Part shown: positions 1 to 11,464 of the stretch, in pieces
How positions within the stretch are numbered: position 1 is the stretch's first letter
How the letters are laid out: every line of letters begins with the position of its first letter
DNA from: Squalus acanthias
Lineage: Eukaryota
Assembly: GCA_030390025.1 (NCBI GenBank)
Contig: CM059435.1
Span: forward strand, 102,548,001-102,612,000
Direction: 5' to 3'
Length of the DNA stretch: 64,000 nucleotides
Program-made: the position numbers and the translations under genes
Notes under the pieces: model-generated
The model's database searches: none
Told to the model about the DNA's origin: nothing
The model's input: only the letters and a program-made list of their open reading frames with translations

Positions 1-192
1 CGTACTATGCAATATTAGCATACAAATATATTAATACGTTTGTATGAAATTTCTTTGTCTGCAATTTTAATGGGGGCTTTAACCCATTTATTTTAAATTC
101 TTTCATTAAAATGGCAAACAAAGACATCTTATGAAGGTAAATGAATGCATTTGTAACCTGATATTGCACAGCAGACAATTTTAAAACACAGT

Positions 193-725
193 GGGGGCAA
201 AATTCGGTTATTGGGCTTACCACCCCGGCAAGGAACCGGAGCGCTATCTCCGGCGCTCCACTTCCTCTCAGGGCGGTGACTGGGGCGCAAAGCGCGGTAG
301 CGCCACGCGGCCGCTCTGCGTAGCGCTGATGCATTTCAGCGCCCCTCCCCTTCCGTTAAAGGGGAGGGCCGCTGCGCACTCTGCAGGTCGTTTGATGGCC
401 TCCACTAGCCCACCAGGGCGGCGTGGTGCCGTGGCCGCAGCCCGGCACCGAGACGCGGTGCTGAACGGCGCGATGGCGGCCACGGATCATGCCAAGGGCC
501 GCCAAGGGGTCGTGTCGCTCGCCGATAACGTCATCGGCGGCGGTGCAGCGGCCCAGGGTGCTACCGGCGGGGGCACGGCGCTATCTGTGAACGTCTCAGT
601 AGTGCCTTGCCGAATTTCTCGGCAGGCGCTATTAGTGTCCCCGCCCGGGCGATAAGCCCTTTGTGCCCCGTTAGCGCCCCCCGGAGGCGCTAACGGCGGG
701 CGCAAAGGGGGCGAATTTCGCCCCC
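193..725. mobile_element. Non-autonomous DNA transposon (MITE), PIF/Harbinger-like
   Basis: TIRs GGGGGCAAAATTCG (193) / CGAATTTCGCCCCC (725), 3-bp TSD AGT on both sides, internal hairpin CCGTTAGCGCC..GGCGCTAACGG; CpG-rich. Confidence 0.85.
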
Positions 726-849
726 AGTATCTACAGCATAAATAAAGTATTTAAACAGCGATTCAAAGAAAAAATATAAATGTAAATTTTAATCGCTAGA
801 GGGAATATAAAGAAGTGAATAAACTGTGCTTCGAAAATTAATAATGCTC

Positions 850-937
850 AAGAACAGAAAATGCTAGAAATGCAGGTCGGTCAGCTTCTGAAGGAGAAAG
901 ATAGGCTAATGTTTCAGGTGGGATGCTTCAACAGAAA
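850..937 (-). mobile_element. Penelope-like element terminal fragment with degenerate hammerhead motif
   Basis: Resembles vertebrate Penelope ends (AACAGAAAATGCT.GAAAT..CAGGTC..GTTTCAGGT..TTCA.CAGAA); the reverse strand reads CTGTTGA..GAAACATTA, a mutated CTGATGA..GAAAC core. Confidence 0.55.
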
Positions 938-1394
938 CAATTAAGAAATTCCTTTTGCCAAACTGATTACATTGCTCGAAATGAGAACTTCACTTTGTAG
1001 TATGGACAAATTGCATTAGATTGTCTTTGAAGTTAAATGGAGTTTAAGTTGAAAACCTTTTTTTCAAACAGAACAATGGAGAAGGAGTTTTCATCCTGTG
1101 GAATGCCTCCTCATTGAAAATATCCACTGGTTCTACTCATAATAACTTCTATACAATGGTTTTCTACAAAATCACAATACAGCATACGAAACGAAACACA
1201 AAAATTGAATGAAGTGAAGCACAACAAATGAATAAAATGCAATGTATTGTTCTTTGGAAAGTATAATCGGACGGGATATAAAACAGGCAGCTGATCCGAT
1301 GCTGTCTGTTTCCCACTGGGCAGGTTAGGTTAGGTTAACATGACCCCCAAGGTGTCTTGTATGAGAGTGGTATGAGCATCTCTTGCAACTTACA

Positions 1395-1556
1395 ACAGAG
1401 GTGAGGTGAGAGTGACTGTCCTTGATATCAAGGCAGCATTTGACCGAGCTCGGGACCAAGGAGTCCTAGGAAAACTGAAGTCAATAGGGATCAGGGGAAA
1501 AACTCTCTCGTGGCTAGAATTATACCTGGCACAAAGGAAGATGCTTGTGGTTGTTC
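1395..1556 (+). mobile_element. Non-LTR retrotransposon RT fragment (same family as 32213-33366)
   Basis: GGTGAGAGTGACTG.CCTTGA.ATCAAGGCAGCATTTGAC matches 32224-32265; encodes LDIKAAFD. Confidence 0.75.
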
Positions 1557-1614
1557 TCTGATATCTCTCAACCACACTTCCTGCAGGTTCGTTCCATTAT
1601 CTGAAGGACGGTCA

Positions 1615-2513
1615 GGCCGCAATTTTGTGGAGGAAGGCAGGTTGGGGGCATGGAGGGCTCCGGGGCGGTCGGGAAACCCGGGAGGCCGCATGCCCTGCCA
1701 ACTTTAACGGCAGGAAGTTATGATGAACCTTTATAAAACACTGGTTCGGCCTCAACTGCAGTATTGTGTCCAATTCTGGGCACCGCACTTTAGGAAGGAT
1801 GCGAAGGCCTTAGAGAGGGTGCAAAAAAGATTTACAAGAATGGTTCCAGGGATGAGGGACTTCAGTTACGTGGATAGACTGGAGAAGCTGGGGTTGTTCT
1901 CCTTGGAGCAGAGAAGGTTGAGAGGAGATTTGATAGAGGTGTTCAAAATCATGAGGGGTCCAGACAGAGTAGATAGAAAGAAACTGTTCCCATTGGCAGA
2001 AGGTTCGAGAACCAGAGGACACAGATTTATGGTGATTGGCAGAAGAACCAAAGGCGACATGAGGAAAAACTTTTTTACACAGCGAGTGGTTAGGATCTGG
2101 AATGCACTGCCTGAAAGGGTGGTGGAGGCAGATTCAATTGTGGCTTTCAAAAGGGAATTGGATAAGCACCTGAAGGAAAAAAATTTGCAGGGCTACAGGG
2201 AAAGGGCGGGGGAGTGGGACTAGCTGAAGTGCTCTTGCAGAGAGCCGGCACGGGCTCAACGGGTCGAATGGCCTCCTTCTGTGCTGTAACCATTCTATGA
2301 TTCTGTGAGGTTAAAAAAGAGGCTTCGAGCATCATTATAATATTTAAATTAACGTTCCGCCCCCTGGGAGTGGGTTGGTCATCCCCGTCCCGCCTCCGTA
2401 AAACCGGAAGTGGGCGGGTTGGAGGTGAGATCAGGTCGGGAATCCCATTTTTAACAACTTAACTACCCCCACATTCCAAACCCACCCATTTTTTTAAAGC
2501 TAAAATTCCCCCC
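1615..2513. mobile_element. Harbinger-like MITE interrupted by a CR1 insertion
   Basis: Left end GGCCGCAATTTT, right end AAAATTCCCCCC; the right half matches 61200-61399 and 58330-58506 (CATTATAATATTTAAA, AAAACCGGAAGTGG). Confidence 0.7.
1711..2308 (+). mobile_element. CR1 LINE, 5'-truncated 3' end
   Basis: ORF 1720-2223 (LYKTLVRPQL.YCVQFWAP..RRLRGDLIEVFKI..FFTQRVV) is the CR1 ORF2 C-terminus; ends in an (ATTCTATG)-type microsatellite tail. Confidence 0.95.
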
Positions 2514-2600
2514 TGTCTGTGAACGCCTGTGTAAGTAGGGATTTGACAATACCTTTAATGTTAATGCTGTTACCGATTCTGTCACTGCTATTTGTTCTTT

Positions 2601-3195
2601 GGGTCCGGTAGCATAGTAGTTATGTTACTGGACTAAGTAATCCAGAGGCCTGGACTAATGATCCAGAGACATGGCCGGAATTTTGCCGGTCCTCAGAGTG
2701 CGGGATTGGAGGCGGGACCGCTGTCAAAATCGCAAAGATTGACAGCGGGCAGGAAACCCACTGTCAACCCGCCTCCAATCAATCTTCCCAGGGCAGGCTT
2801 AACAAGACCAATCGATGTAAAATCATGTCCGTTGGCCGGATGCAGTTGGGGGCGGGACTGGAACCCGGAAACCAGCTGACCCGCTCCCAAGCCGCATCCA
2901 TTGGCAAAATCGCGGCCTTAGAGTTCAAATCCCACCACGGCAGCTGTGGAATTTAAATTCAATTAAATAAAAATCTGGAATAAAAAGCTAGTGTCAGTAA
3001 TGGTGACCATGAAACTACCGGATTGTTGTAAAAACCCATTTGGTTCACTAAGGAAATCTGCCCTCCTTACCCGGTTTGGCCTATATGAGACTCCAGACCC
3101 ACAGCAATGTGGTTGACTCTTAACTGCCCTCTGAAATGGCAATTAGGGATGGCTTTGCTGGCGACGTCTACAGCCCATGAATTGAATTAAAAAAA
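2601..3195 (+). mobile_element. tRNA-derived SINE with LINE-derived 3' tail, interrupted by a MITE
   Basis: A-box-like GGTAGCATAGTAGT and B-box GAGTTCAAATCC; collinear with the copy at 55333-55710; tail GCAATTAGGGATGG..CCCATGAA + A-run. Confidence 0.85.
2673..2917. mobile_element. Harbinger-like MITE nested in SINE (internally deleted relative of 25645-26451)
   Basis: TIRs GGCCGGAATTTTGCC / GGCAAAATCGCGGCC; splits the SINE sequence GACAT|GAGTTCAAAT. Confidence 0.8.
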
Positions 3196-3555
3196 GCACG
3201 TAACCCAGTATTATTCTCATAGGCCCATAATAGTTCATTAATTTCAACCACAACTTGGATTCAAATCTCTCTTCCCCAATCCCCGCCCTGTAACAAATAC
3301 CCCTGTACTGGATTTTGACTGAAGTCCTACGATTAGTAAAGATTATTTTTAAGAAATCTGACTTTTTAAAAGTAAGCTTCGCTATTCATCTTAGACTGTG
3401 CTGATTTAATGCAGTCCTGACAAGATAATGTTACTTGTAAGAAGGCAGAACATCCCATGTTGATATTTGAGATGTTTGTTGTGATATTCTTTCCTAGGGC
3501 TGGCATCACTTCAATTCATAATACACTTTCCAAACACGTCCAAATGTAGAGATGC

Positions 3556-3571
3556 CAGCACCATCTAGTGG
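3556..3571 (-). promoter_or_regulatory. CTCF-like motif
   Basis: Reverse strand CCACTAGATGGTGCTG matches the CTCF core CCACYAGRKGGCRS; motif match only. Confidence 0.45.
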
Positions 3572-4864
3572 AAATAAGCATTCATTACAACCTCGAAGAG
3601 TAGAAGTGGTCGCCTGAGCTCTATTTAAGGTGGGCATATATGTTGCATATTTGGACGATCTGGGTGAATGCTGCAGCAATTTTGTTTGCTCATGTCACCA
3701 CATTAACCCAGGAGCAATGCATGGCTGCCAATCACTATAATTTAAGTAGAATGGCATTAGTTTGCATATGAGCTAATGTAAAGAAATACTAATGATGCTG
3801 GCAGCATGATTAAGATACAAAGTCCACTTTGAGACCCCCGCCCCCGCAAATACTACACAATGAGAAAATGTCAAATTTAGTCAGCAGTGGGTGTGAAAAA
3901 CCCGCAGTTTCAATTTGGATTTTATTTTGACGAAGTGTTCAAAAAATAACAGTTTTCAGCGCAGAAAATAAACAACAAGTCCGATGGGGCCTAAATGATA
4001 TGGGATCACTACGAAGTTAGATGTACGTTCTGAAGGGTCAAAGAACAGGAGGAGTAAGTACCAGCTACTCACGGTACTTATCCCGACACTAAAGCTCCAC
4101 TTTTGTGGCTGCAGTTAATAGCCTCCAGGTTTTGGAGAATATGGCAATTGTGCTCTTAGCTGCTCTTCCTACACATAAGCACAATGTGGCTCAAATGATA
4201 TAAATCCGACAAAGTTGACAAATCATATCACTGGGAATTCCCTCGGGGCTGGTCCCGATTGGCCTCCGTAACATCAGCGGAAGATCAGTGGAAACCCTGG
4301 ACATTCCCGGCAAATACGGCTTAGGTCAGGCAGAGGTTTAAGGCACTGTGTGCAAATTGCGTTAAAATGCTGCATAACATTGAATGTAACTCTTTCTCCA
4401 ACATGTAGATTATCAAGTTTTTCTTGTTAAGCATATTATTCACATATCATTGACATAAGAGAAAGCCGAGGAGGAGAAGAAGCTATTTAGACCATTGAAG
4501 GATGCAGTTACGCTCCAAGTGTAGGATTGGCACAAAACAGCTTGACTTCGCATGGATGCTGCAGTTATAGATCATTTTTCAATTTCAAAATGCAAAATGG
4601 GTAGGCTTGCCGATGTCAGGAAATCACAGGGGTGCTGCCCACAATTTCCAGCTAAATGCAGCCACCGGGCAATGCTCCCACTGTCACTGCACCTTCATTC
4701 TCCCAGCCTAGCATACAGTTTCAATACTGTAGTATGTGCCCCACAGCCAGCTTGAGCAATATAACCATAAATGGACGTGTAACTTGTCAGAGTTCTAACC
4801 CAGTGTAACCTCTTTGAACTTTTTTTGCTTGTGTTTGGATAGGATGATATCATTAAGTCACAAT

Positions 4865-5180
4865 GGGGGAGAAATTCGGTACCTTAGCACCCCCCGTTAG
4901 CGCCTCTGGGGGGCGCTAATGGGGCGCTACCAGGCTTTGCGACTGGGCACGGCGATAGTACCGACGCCCGCAAAATTGACGTGGAGGTTTGCGGCAGTGG
5001 TAACCGTTAGTGCCACGATCTCCTGCGCCCGGTGATCGTGATGTCATCTGGCTGCGCAGCGCCCTGGCTCAGAAATTCACTCTCGACCCCTGCCTGAGCG
5101 CCTGCCATTAGCAATGACAGGTAGAGGAGGCGGTATGCAGTCGGATAAGCGCTAGAGGAGCGCTATATAGAGGCGTTAAC
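4865..5180. mobile_element. Truncated copy of the 193-725 MITE family
   Basis: GGGGGAGAAATTCGGT terminus followed by the same CCGTTAGCGCC..GGCGCTAA hairpin; no right TIR seen. Confidence 0.7.
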
Positions 5181-6038
5181 ATCTGGGGTTTTTTTAGTCG
5201 GCATAGAATGCTGCCTTGACAGTTTGACATAGGTGTCATTTACATCATTTCAACAATTAGCGCCGCAATATCTCCAATTGTGTTGCAAAGGGGAACAGAT
5301 ATCTATGAGTTTTAGGAAAATGGCCTTGGGGCTGGTTTGACTGTTGTTTTAGAAATATCTTAAATGATAAAGGTGATGTGATGCCAGGGAAACAAAGGGG
5401 AGTTGCAGTTAGAGCAAGATACGGAATTGTCATGCAATAGTGATAGGAGAAGATGCAAAAGGTTTGGATAAGGAACCTGGATTCAACCTAGGAATGGGAG
5501 CTCCTCGCTGCAACTTGCTTATTCCCCAGGCTGAGCTTATCCTTGGTCAGCAGGTATTGCTTTATGTATCAATAAAATGTCTCTCTGTAAGCGTACTTGC
5601 ATTTTCTGTTTTTACCTCTGTTGATTTATACTCTATTATTATGGCCATATATCTCAATATTCCATTTGCTATTCTATTTCCTTCATTGTATACTGGCATT
5701 TCTCAATTTTTCATTTAATACTTAAAAGTCGCCCGTTTTAAATTCCATTTTCCATTTGTCTGTCTAGTTTCATAACTTACATATCCTTCTCTGCATTCTC
5801 TTTCCTTACTCTTCTCCTTATTTCAGTATTGTCTGCACATTTAGCAAGCTTACAATTAGTCTCTGCATTCAGGTCAATTATGTAGATAAGAAGCAACAGA
5901 GGTCCACGCACTGACCCCTGAAATGGTTTACTCTATACTACTCTCCAGTCTGCCCTTACACTCTCTAAAGTATTTTCCAGCTATTATTCAACTTCTTATC
6001 CAATTCTCTCCTGGATGCCGATGGTTATTAGAAACAGA

Positions 6039-6216
6039 GGGGGGGAAATTCATCATGGGCGATAACGCAAAGCAGGCGATAGTGAATCGGCTGCCTGTTT
6101 CACACTGCAGCCAAATTTTTTCCCATTGACTTCAATGGAAAAGAAAATTGGGCAGTGTAAAATAGTTTGCCGATTTGCTATTGCCCCTACTACTGCCCAA
6201 GACAAATTTCACCCCC
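6039..6216. mobile_element. Short palindromic MITE
   Basis: GGGGGGGAAATT / AATTTCACCCCC, TSD AGA on both sides; the whole element is an imperfect palindrome centred on CCATTGACTTCAATGG. Confidence 0.85.
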
Positions 6217-6983
6217 AGAGTGCCCCTGTCAGGAAGAACCTCTTTCCCTCAATAGAATACCAACAACTGCAATTTACTTGCTTGGCATACCTTTGTCGAG
6301 TGTGGCTTATTGTGGGTTGGCACTGAGTGGAAGAAAATAGCACGCAAATTTGCACTAACACACGAGCTATTTTCCGGGAGGAAGGCCGTAATATTTTATT
6401 TTTAAAAGGTAAAAACTTAAATTAAAATACATCAATACATAATGTGTTTTCACAATAAAAAGGAAACCTTTTTTAAGTGTCAAAAAATGTACAATTACCA
6501 AAAAAGAGAATTTTCAAAAATAAGTTATGCAATAATAAAACAAAATGCCGATAAATCTCGTGAGAATTTGGAAGGCTAATGCAAATTAATATAAAGCTTC
6601 CAACTCACCATTATTTAGACATTTTAATTTCTGAACAGTCACTGGTATTTTTTAGTATTAGTTAGTTTACTGGTATATTTTGTATCAAGTCGAATAAATG
6701 AAGTGTTTGTGACAATCCAAAGTTTCTGGGGTACAAAACTAGCTTCTGAATTACAAACATTTTTTTTCTATATCTTGAACTTTTGAAACTTGGCAAAGTT
6801 TTCATCCTCATAAAATTCTCATTGGGTTGGGAGGCACAGCAATGGGCTATGTAGTCTGATGTCTGGATCTGGGAAGCAAGGGAGCCCCAGATCTAAGACT
6901 GCCCCAGGGATAGCTATTGAAGGTTTGGGAAAATACAGTGACCCGTTTACATTCAACTGACAGGATTGACTGTGGATAATAAT

Positions 6984-7723
6984 GGGCCGTATATTCCGAT
7001 CCCTACGGGTGTGTGCGCGCTGTGTACACACCCGTAGGTACATCGGAAATGCCAGTTTCAGGCATGCCAAGCGCATGCGCTGAAAACTGGCATTTTCCAT
7101 CTGTCAAGAATGCTCTTGACAGATCAGACACCTGCCCTAGAGAAGGGCCTCTGCGGGCGGATAGTTCCGCTTTCTGGAGAACCTCCGCCTGCAGAAAACC
7201 CTTAGAAATCTTACGCCTGGTAAAGGCCAGCTTTTACCAGCATAAGATTTGAAAAAAAGTTTAAAAACAATAAAAAAATGTTTCACTCATTTATCATTTA
7301 AAAATACTTTTAAAAAAGGTAAGTTTATTTTTAGCGCTGTAAAAAACTTTAATTATTTATTTCAAAAAATTAAATTTTTGTTTAAAATATTTAATTTCTT
7401 GTAATTTCAACTAATTTTAAAAATGTGATTTTTTTAAATAATTTATTTAATGTTTTACAGTGTTTTTGAGGTGATCTCCATTCATATATTTGACAGGTCA
7501 AGTGTATGAAGGGAGATTCCATGGGCTCCCCATGGCCCACGTGATCCCAGGGACGCTTGCGAACCGCATGCGCCTCTGGGATACGTGGGCCCTGCGCATT
7601 TCGAGTTGGAGAGGCCCAGGAGCGGAAGTGTCCGGACCTCGGGAGCCCTCAGGTAAGTCCGTAGATTTTTTCCAGATCGGAGGCCTCCGCACACAGGAAG
7701 CCTCCGATCGGAAAATACGGCCC
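6984..7723. mobile_element. Harbinger-like MITE with AT-rich core
   Basis: TIRs GGGCCGTATATTCCGATC / GATCGGAAAATACGGCCC, TSD AAT on both sides; related in opposite orientation to 20800-21556. Confidence 0.85.
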
Positions 7724-7939
7724 AATGTGTTTATACTGTTTCTAGACTTCCAAAAAAAACTAAGCCCAGACTAACTAATGCCATAAGCTAGCGCAGAATT
7801 GGCTTTTTTTTCTTCTTGGGACTAATAAACCAAAAAAAAAGTGGTATTGATCTGGATAACCATTTTATTTCCTCAGTTTTTTAAAAAACATAGTCTGATT
7901 GTTAAAGCACTCTTATTGCATGCAGTTCTGAACAGTCTT

Positions 7940-8457
7940 TTATAGGAAGGATATTAGAACCATGGAAAGGGTACAAAATGATTCACTAAAATTATGCTAA
8001 AAAGGAAAGGTTATAGTTATGAAGAAAGGCTTGAAAACTTGATGCTTTTTTACACTGGAACAGAAATAACAAAATTAGATCTAATAACTGTTCTCAAAAT
8101 TATGAAAGGTTTTGAGGGTAAATAGGGAGAGATTGTTTCAGCTGGCTGGCAAATCAGTAATAAGAGGGCACAGATTTAAGATTATCATCAGAACAATGAA
8201 GGGGGAAATTAAAAGATTTACTTTCAGACAGAGGGTTATTAGAAAATGGTATGCTTTACCACAAGTGGTCACTGAGGCAGAGACTATAACATCACTTCAA
8301 AGGGAACTGGGTAAGTGATTGAAAAGACAGAATATAAAAAGAGACAGGGAAAGAGCAAGGGAATTGGGTGGGATGAGAGTGGATAGCTCTTGTTGAAGAG
8401 CTGCCACAGGCAAAATGGACTGACTTGCCTCCTCCTGTGCAGTATCTTCTATGATTA
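7940..8457 (+). mobile_element. Old CR1 3' fragment
   Basis: Degenerate ORF2 C-terminus (RGHRFKI..FRQRVIRKW) and CTTCTATGATT tail. Confidence 0.8.
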
Positions 8458-8874
8458 CTGGGTTCCTGTCGTTTCCTGTTTTTCCACCTTGTTTGGAAAC
8501 ACACACATTTTCTTATGTAAGTTATATTATTAGTGCCATGTTCGGAGAAGCTCCTCAGATATTCAGGAAAATCATTCCACAGACAGAACCGGTTTGTTAA
8601 AAGGTAACGCCCCTAGGATAACTAACATTGCCAATAACTGAAAGTGCTTGAAAATGCATGTAAAAGGCTGCATATTCTGTTCAAATATAGAACAAATCAA
8701 TTTCCTTGCTGATTAAAGTGGAACTGCACTTCACTGACAGAGCAAATTCTGTATCAATCACACAAAGTTAATAAACTCCAATATGAAAGAAAAGAAACAT
8801 ATTGCACATATTAATTACAATAAATTGTCCTACACACTAAATAACAGTTCTATTGAATTTAATAGAACATTTGT

Positions 8875-9695
8875 TCATAGAATCATAGACATTTTTGGCA
8901 CAGAAGGAGGGCTTTCGGCCCATCGTGTCTGTGCCGGCCAAAAAAGAGCTAGACAGTCTAATCCCACCTTCCAGCTCTTGGTCCGTAGCCCTGTAGGTTA
9001 CGACATTTCAAGTGCATATCCAAGTACTTTTTAAATGCGATGAGGTTTTCTGCCTCTACAACTCTTTCAGGCAGTGCGTTTCAGGCCCCCACCACCCTCT
9101 GGGTGAAAAAGTTCTCCTCAACTCCCCTCCAATCCTTCTACCAATTACTTTAAATCTATGCCCCCTGGTTATTGACCTCTCTGCTAAGGGAAATAGGTCC
9201 TTCCTATCCACTCTATCTAGGCCCCTCATAATTTTATACACCTCAATCAAGTCTCCCCTCAGCCTCCTCTGTTCCAAAGAAAACAACCCCAGACTATCCA
9301 ATCTTTCCTCATAGCTAAAATTCTCCAGTCCTGGCAACATCCTCGTAAATCCCCTCTGTACCCTCTCCAGTGCAATCACATCTTACCTGTAATGTGGTGA
9401 CCAGTACTGTATGCAGTACTCTAGCTGCGGCCTAACTAGTGTTTTATACAGTTCAAGCATAACCTCCCTGCTCTTATATTCTAGGCCTTGGCTAATAAAG
9501 GAAAGTATCCCGTATGCCTTCTTAACCACCTTATCTACCTGTCCTGCTACCTTCAGGGATCTGTGGACATGCACTCCAAGGTCCCTCTGTTCCTCTACAC
9601 TTCTCAGTATCCTACCATTTATTGTATATTCCATTGCCTTGTTAGCCCTCCCCAAATGCATTACCTCACACTTCTCCGGATTGAATTCCATTTGT
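8875..9695 (-). mobile_element. CR1 LINE 3' fragment
   Basis: ORFs 9383-9691 and 9056-9379 (MEFNPEKCEVMHLG..LVRPQLEYC..RRLRGDLIEVYKI); tail CATAGAATCATAG at the left end. Confidence 0.95.
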
Positions 9696-10645
9696 TGTTC
9701 TATTTCCTGTTAATGAACCTATATTAAAATATTTTTGGCGCAGAAAGTTGAAACTCTGTTCACAAAATAGATATGGATGAGGAAGACCAGTTGGCCAATT
9801 CTACTTCATCCAAACATATCCTACAGTACCCTTAACATATTGCCAGCTGTTTTTAAATGATTCCAGGATCTATTCCTCCACTACCTCACCCAGAGGTCCA
9901 GTCCATTTATTGATCATTCCTGACCCCAGTCTGAAATTTGACTTTCACTAGTTTGAATCTGTGCCCTCTTGCCATACTGACATGATAGTGTTCCAGATTT
10001 ATTTATTCTATGAAGTTTACTATCTTTTATAACTCTATAAGACCATCTCTCAATCTCCTTCTTTCAAGCAAATACAGAAGAGTATAAATACACAAATCAC
10101 TAAAAGTAGCGACACAGGTTAACAAGGCCATCAAAAAGGAAACCAAGTACTAGGGTTTATTTCTAGAGGGATAGAATTGAAAAGTAGGGAAGTTATGCTA
10201 AACCTGTATCGAACCTTGGTTAGACCACACTTAGAGTACTGCGTACAATTCTGGTCGCCATATTATAAAAAGGATATAGAGGCACTGGAGAGGATGCAGA
10301 GAAAATTTACAAGGATGATACCAGAAATGTGAGGGTATACATATCAGGAAAGGATGAACAGGCTGGGTTTCTTTTCTCTTGAAAAGAGAAGGCTGAGGGG
10401 TGACCTAATAGAGGGCTTTAAAATTATGAAAGGTTTTGATAGAATAGATACAGAGAGAGTGTTTTCACTTGTGGGAAGAGCATAACTAGATGCCATCAAT
10501 ATAAGATAGTCACCGAGAAATCAAATAGGGAATTCAGAAGAAACTTCTTTACCCAGAGAGTGGTGAGAATGTGGAACTCGCTACCACAGGGAGTGGTTGT
10601 AGCGAATAGTGTAGATGCATTTAAGGGATGGTTAGATGAGCATAT

Positions 10646-11464
10646 CCATGTTACCGTGTTAGGGAACTGGAGCTGGAGCTGGATGAACTTCGGATCATTC
10701 GGGAGGCAGAGGAGGTCATAGATAGAAGCCTCAGGGATGTAATTACTCCAAAGCATGAAGATAGATGGGTGACGGTGAGAGGGGCTAGGAGGAAGCAGTC
10801 AGTGCAGGGATCCTCTGTGGTCGTTCCCCTCAGTAACAGGTATACCGCTTTGAATACTGTTGAGGGGGACGACTTACCAGTGGTAAGCCATGGTGACCGG
10901 ATCTCCGGCGCTGGGTCCGTCCCTGTGGCTCAGAAGGGAAGCGGGGAGAGCAGGAGAGCAATAGTTATTGGGGACTCAATAGTCAGAGGGACAGATAGGA
11001 GGTTCTGTGGCAGCAAAAGAGACTCACGGATGGTATGTTGCCTCCCGGGTGCCAGGGTCCGTGACGTCTCGGACCGTGTTTTCAGAATCCTCAAAGGGGA
11101 GGGGGAACAATCACAAGTCGTGGTACACATCGGTACCAACGACATAGGTAGGAGAAGGGACGGGGATTTAAAACAGGAATTTAGGGAGCTAGGTTGGAAG
11201 CTGAGAGCCAGTACAAACCATGTTGTAATTTCTGGTTTGTTGCCGGTGCCACGTGCTAGCGAGTTGAGGAACAGGGAGAGAGTGCAGATAAACACGTGGC
11301 TGCAGGGATGGTGTAGCGGGGAGGGTTTCAGTTATGTGGATAATTGGAGCACATTCTGGGGAAGGTGGGACCTGTACAAACAGGACGGTTTGCACCTGAA
11401 CCAGAGGGGCACCAATATCCTGGGAGGGAAATTTGCTGCGGCTCTTCGGGGGGGTTTAAACTAA
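10646..11464 (+). CDS. CR1 ORF1 protein (coiled coil + SGNH/GDSL esterase domain), N-terminally truncated
   Basis: Frame is open from RVRELELELDELRIIREAE through VIGDSIVRG, VVVHIGTNDIG and DGLHLNQRG (SGNH blocks I, III, V) to TAA at 11462-11464. Confidence 0.9.
   Translation, partial: PCYRVRELELELDELRIIREAEEVIDRSLRDVITPKHEDRWVTVRGARRKQSVQGSSVVVPLSNRYTALNTVEGDDLPVVSHGDRISGAGSVPVAQKGSGESRRAIVIGDSIVRGTDRRFCGSKRDSRMVCCLPGARVRDVSDRVFRILKGEGEQSQVVVHIGTNDIGRRRDGDLKQEFRELGWKLRASTNHVVISGLLPVPRASELRNRERVQINTWLQGWCSGEGFSYVDNWSTFWGRWDLYKQDGLHLNQRGTNILGGKFAAALRGGLN

Noticed and set aside
191-725. CpG-island-like GC-rich block with ORFs of 72-154 aa
   Set aside because: Bounded by TIRs and a TSD and repeated at 4865; it is a MITE and the ORFs have no recognisable domain
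11344-11454. ORF-track N-terminus MEHILGK.. of the 1005-aa ORF
   Set aside because: Starts at TTG and overlaps ORF1 in another frame; not a credible initiation site
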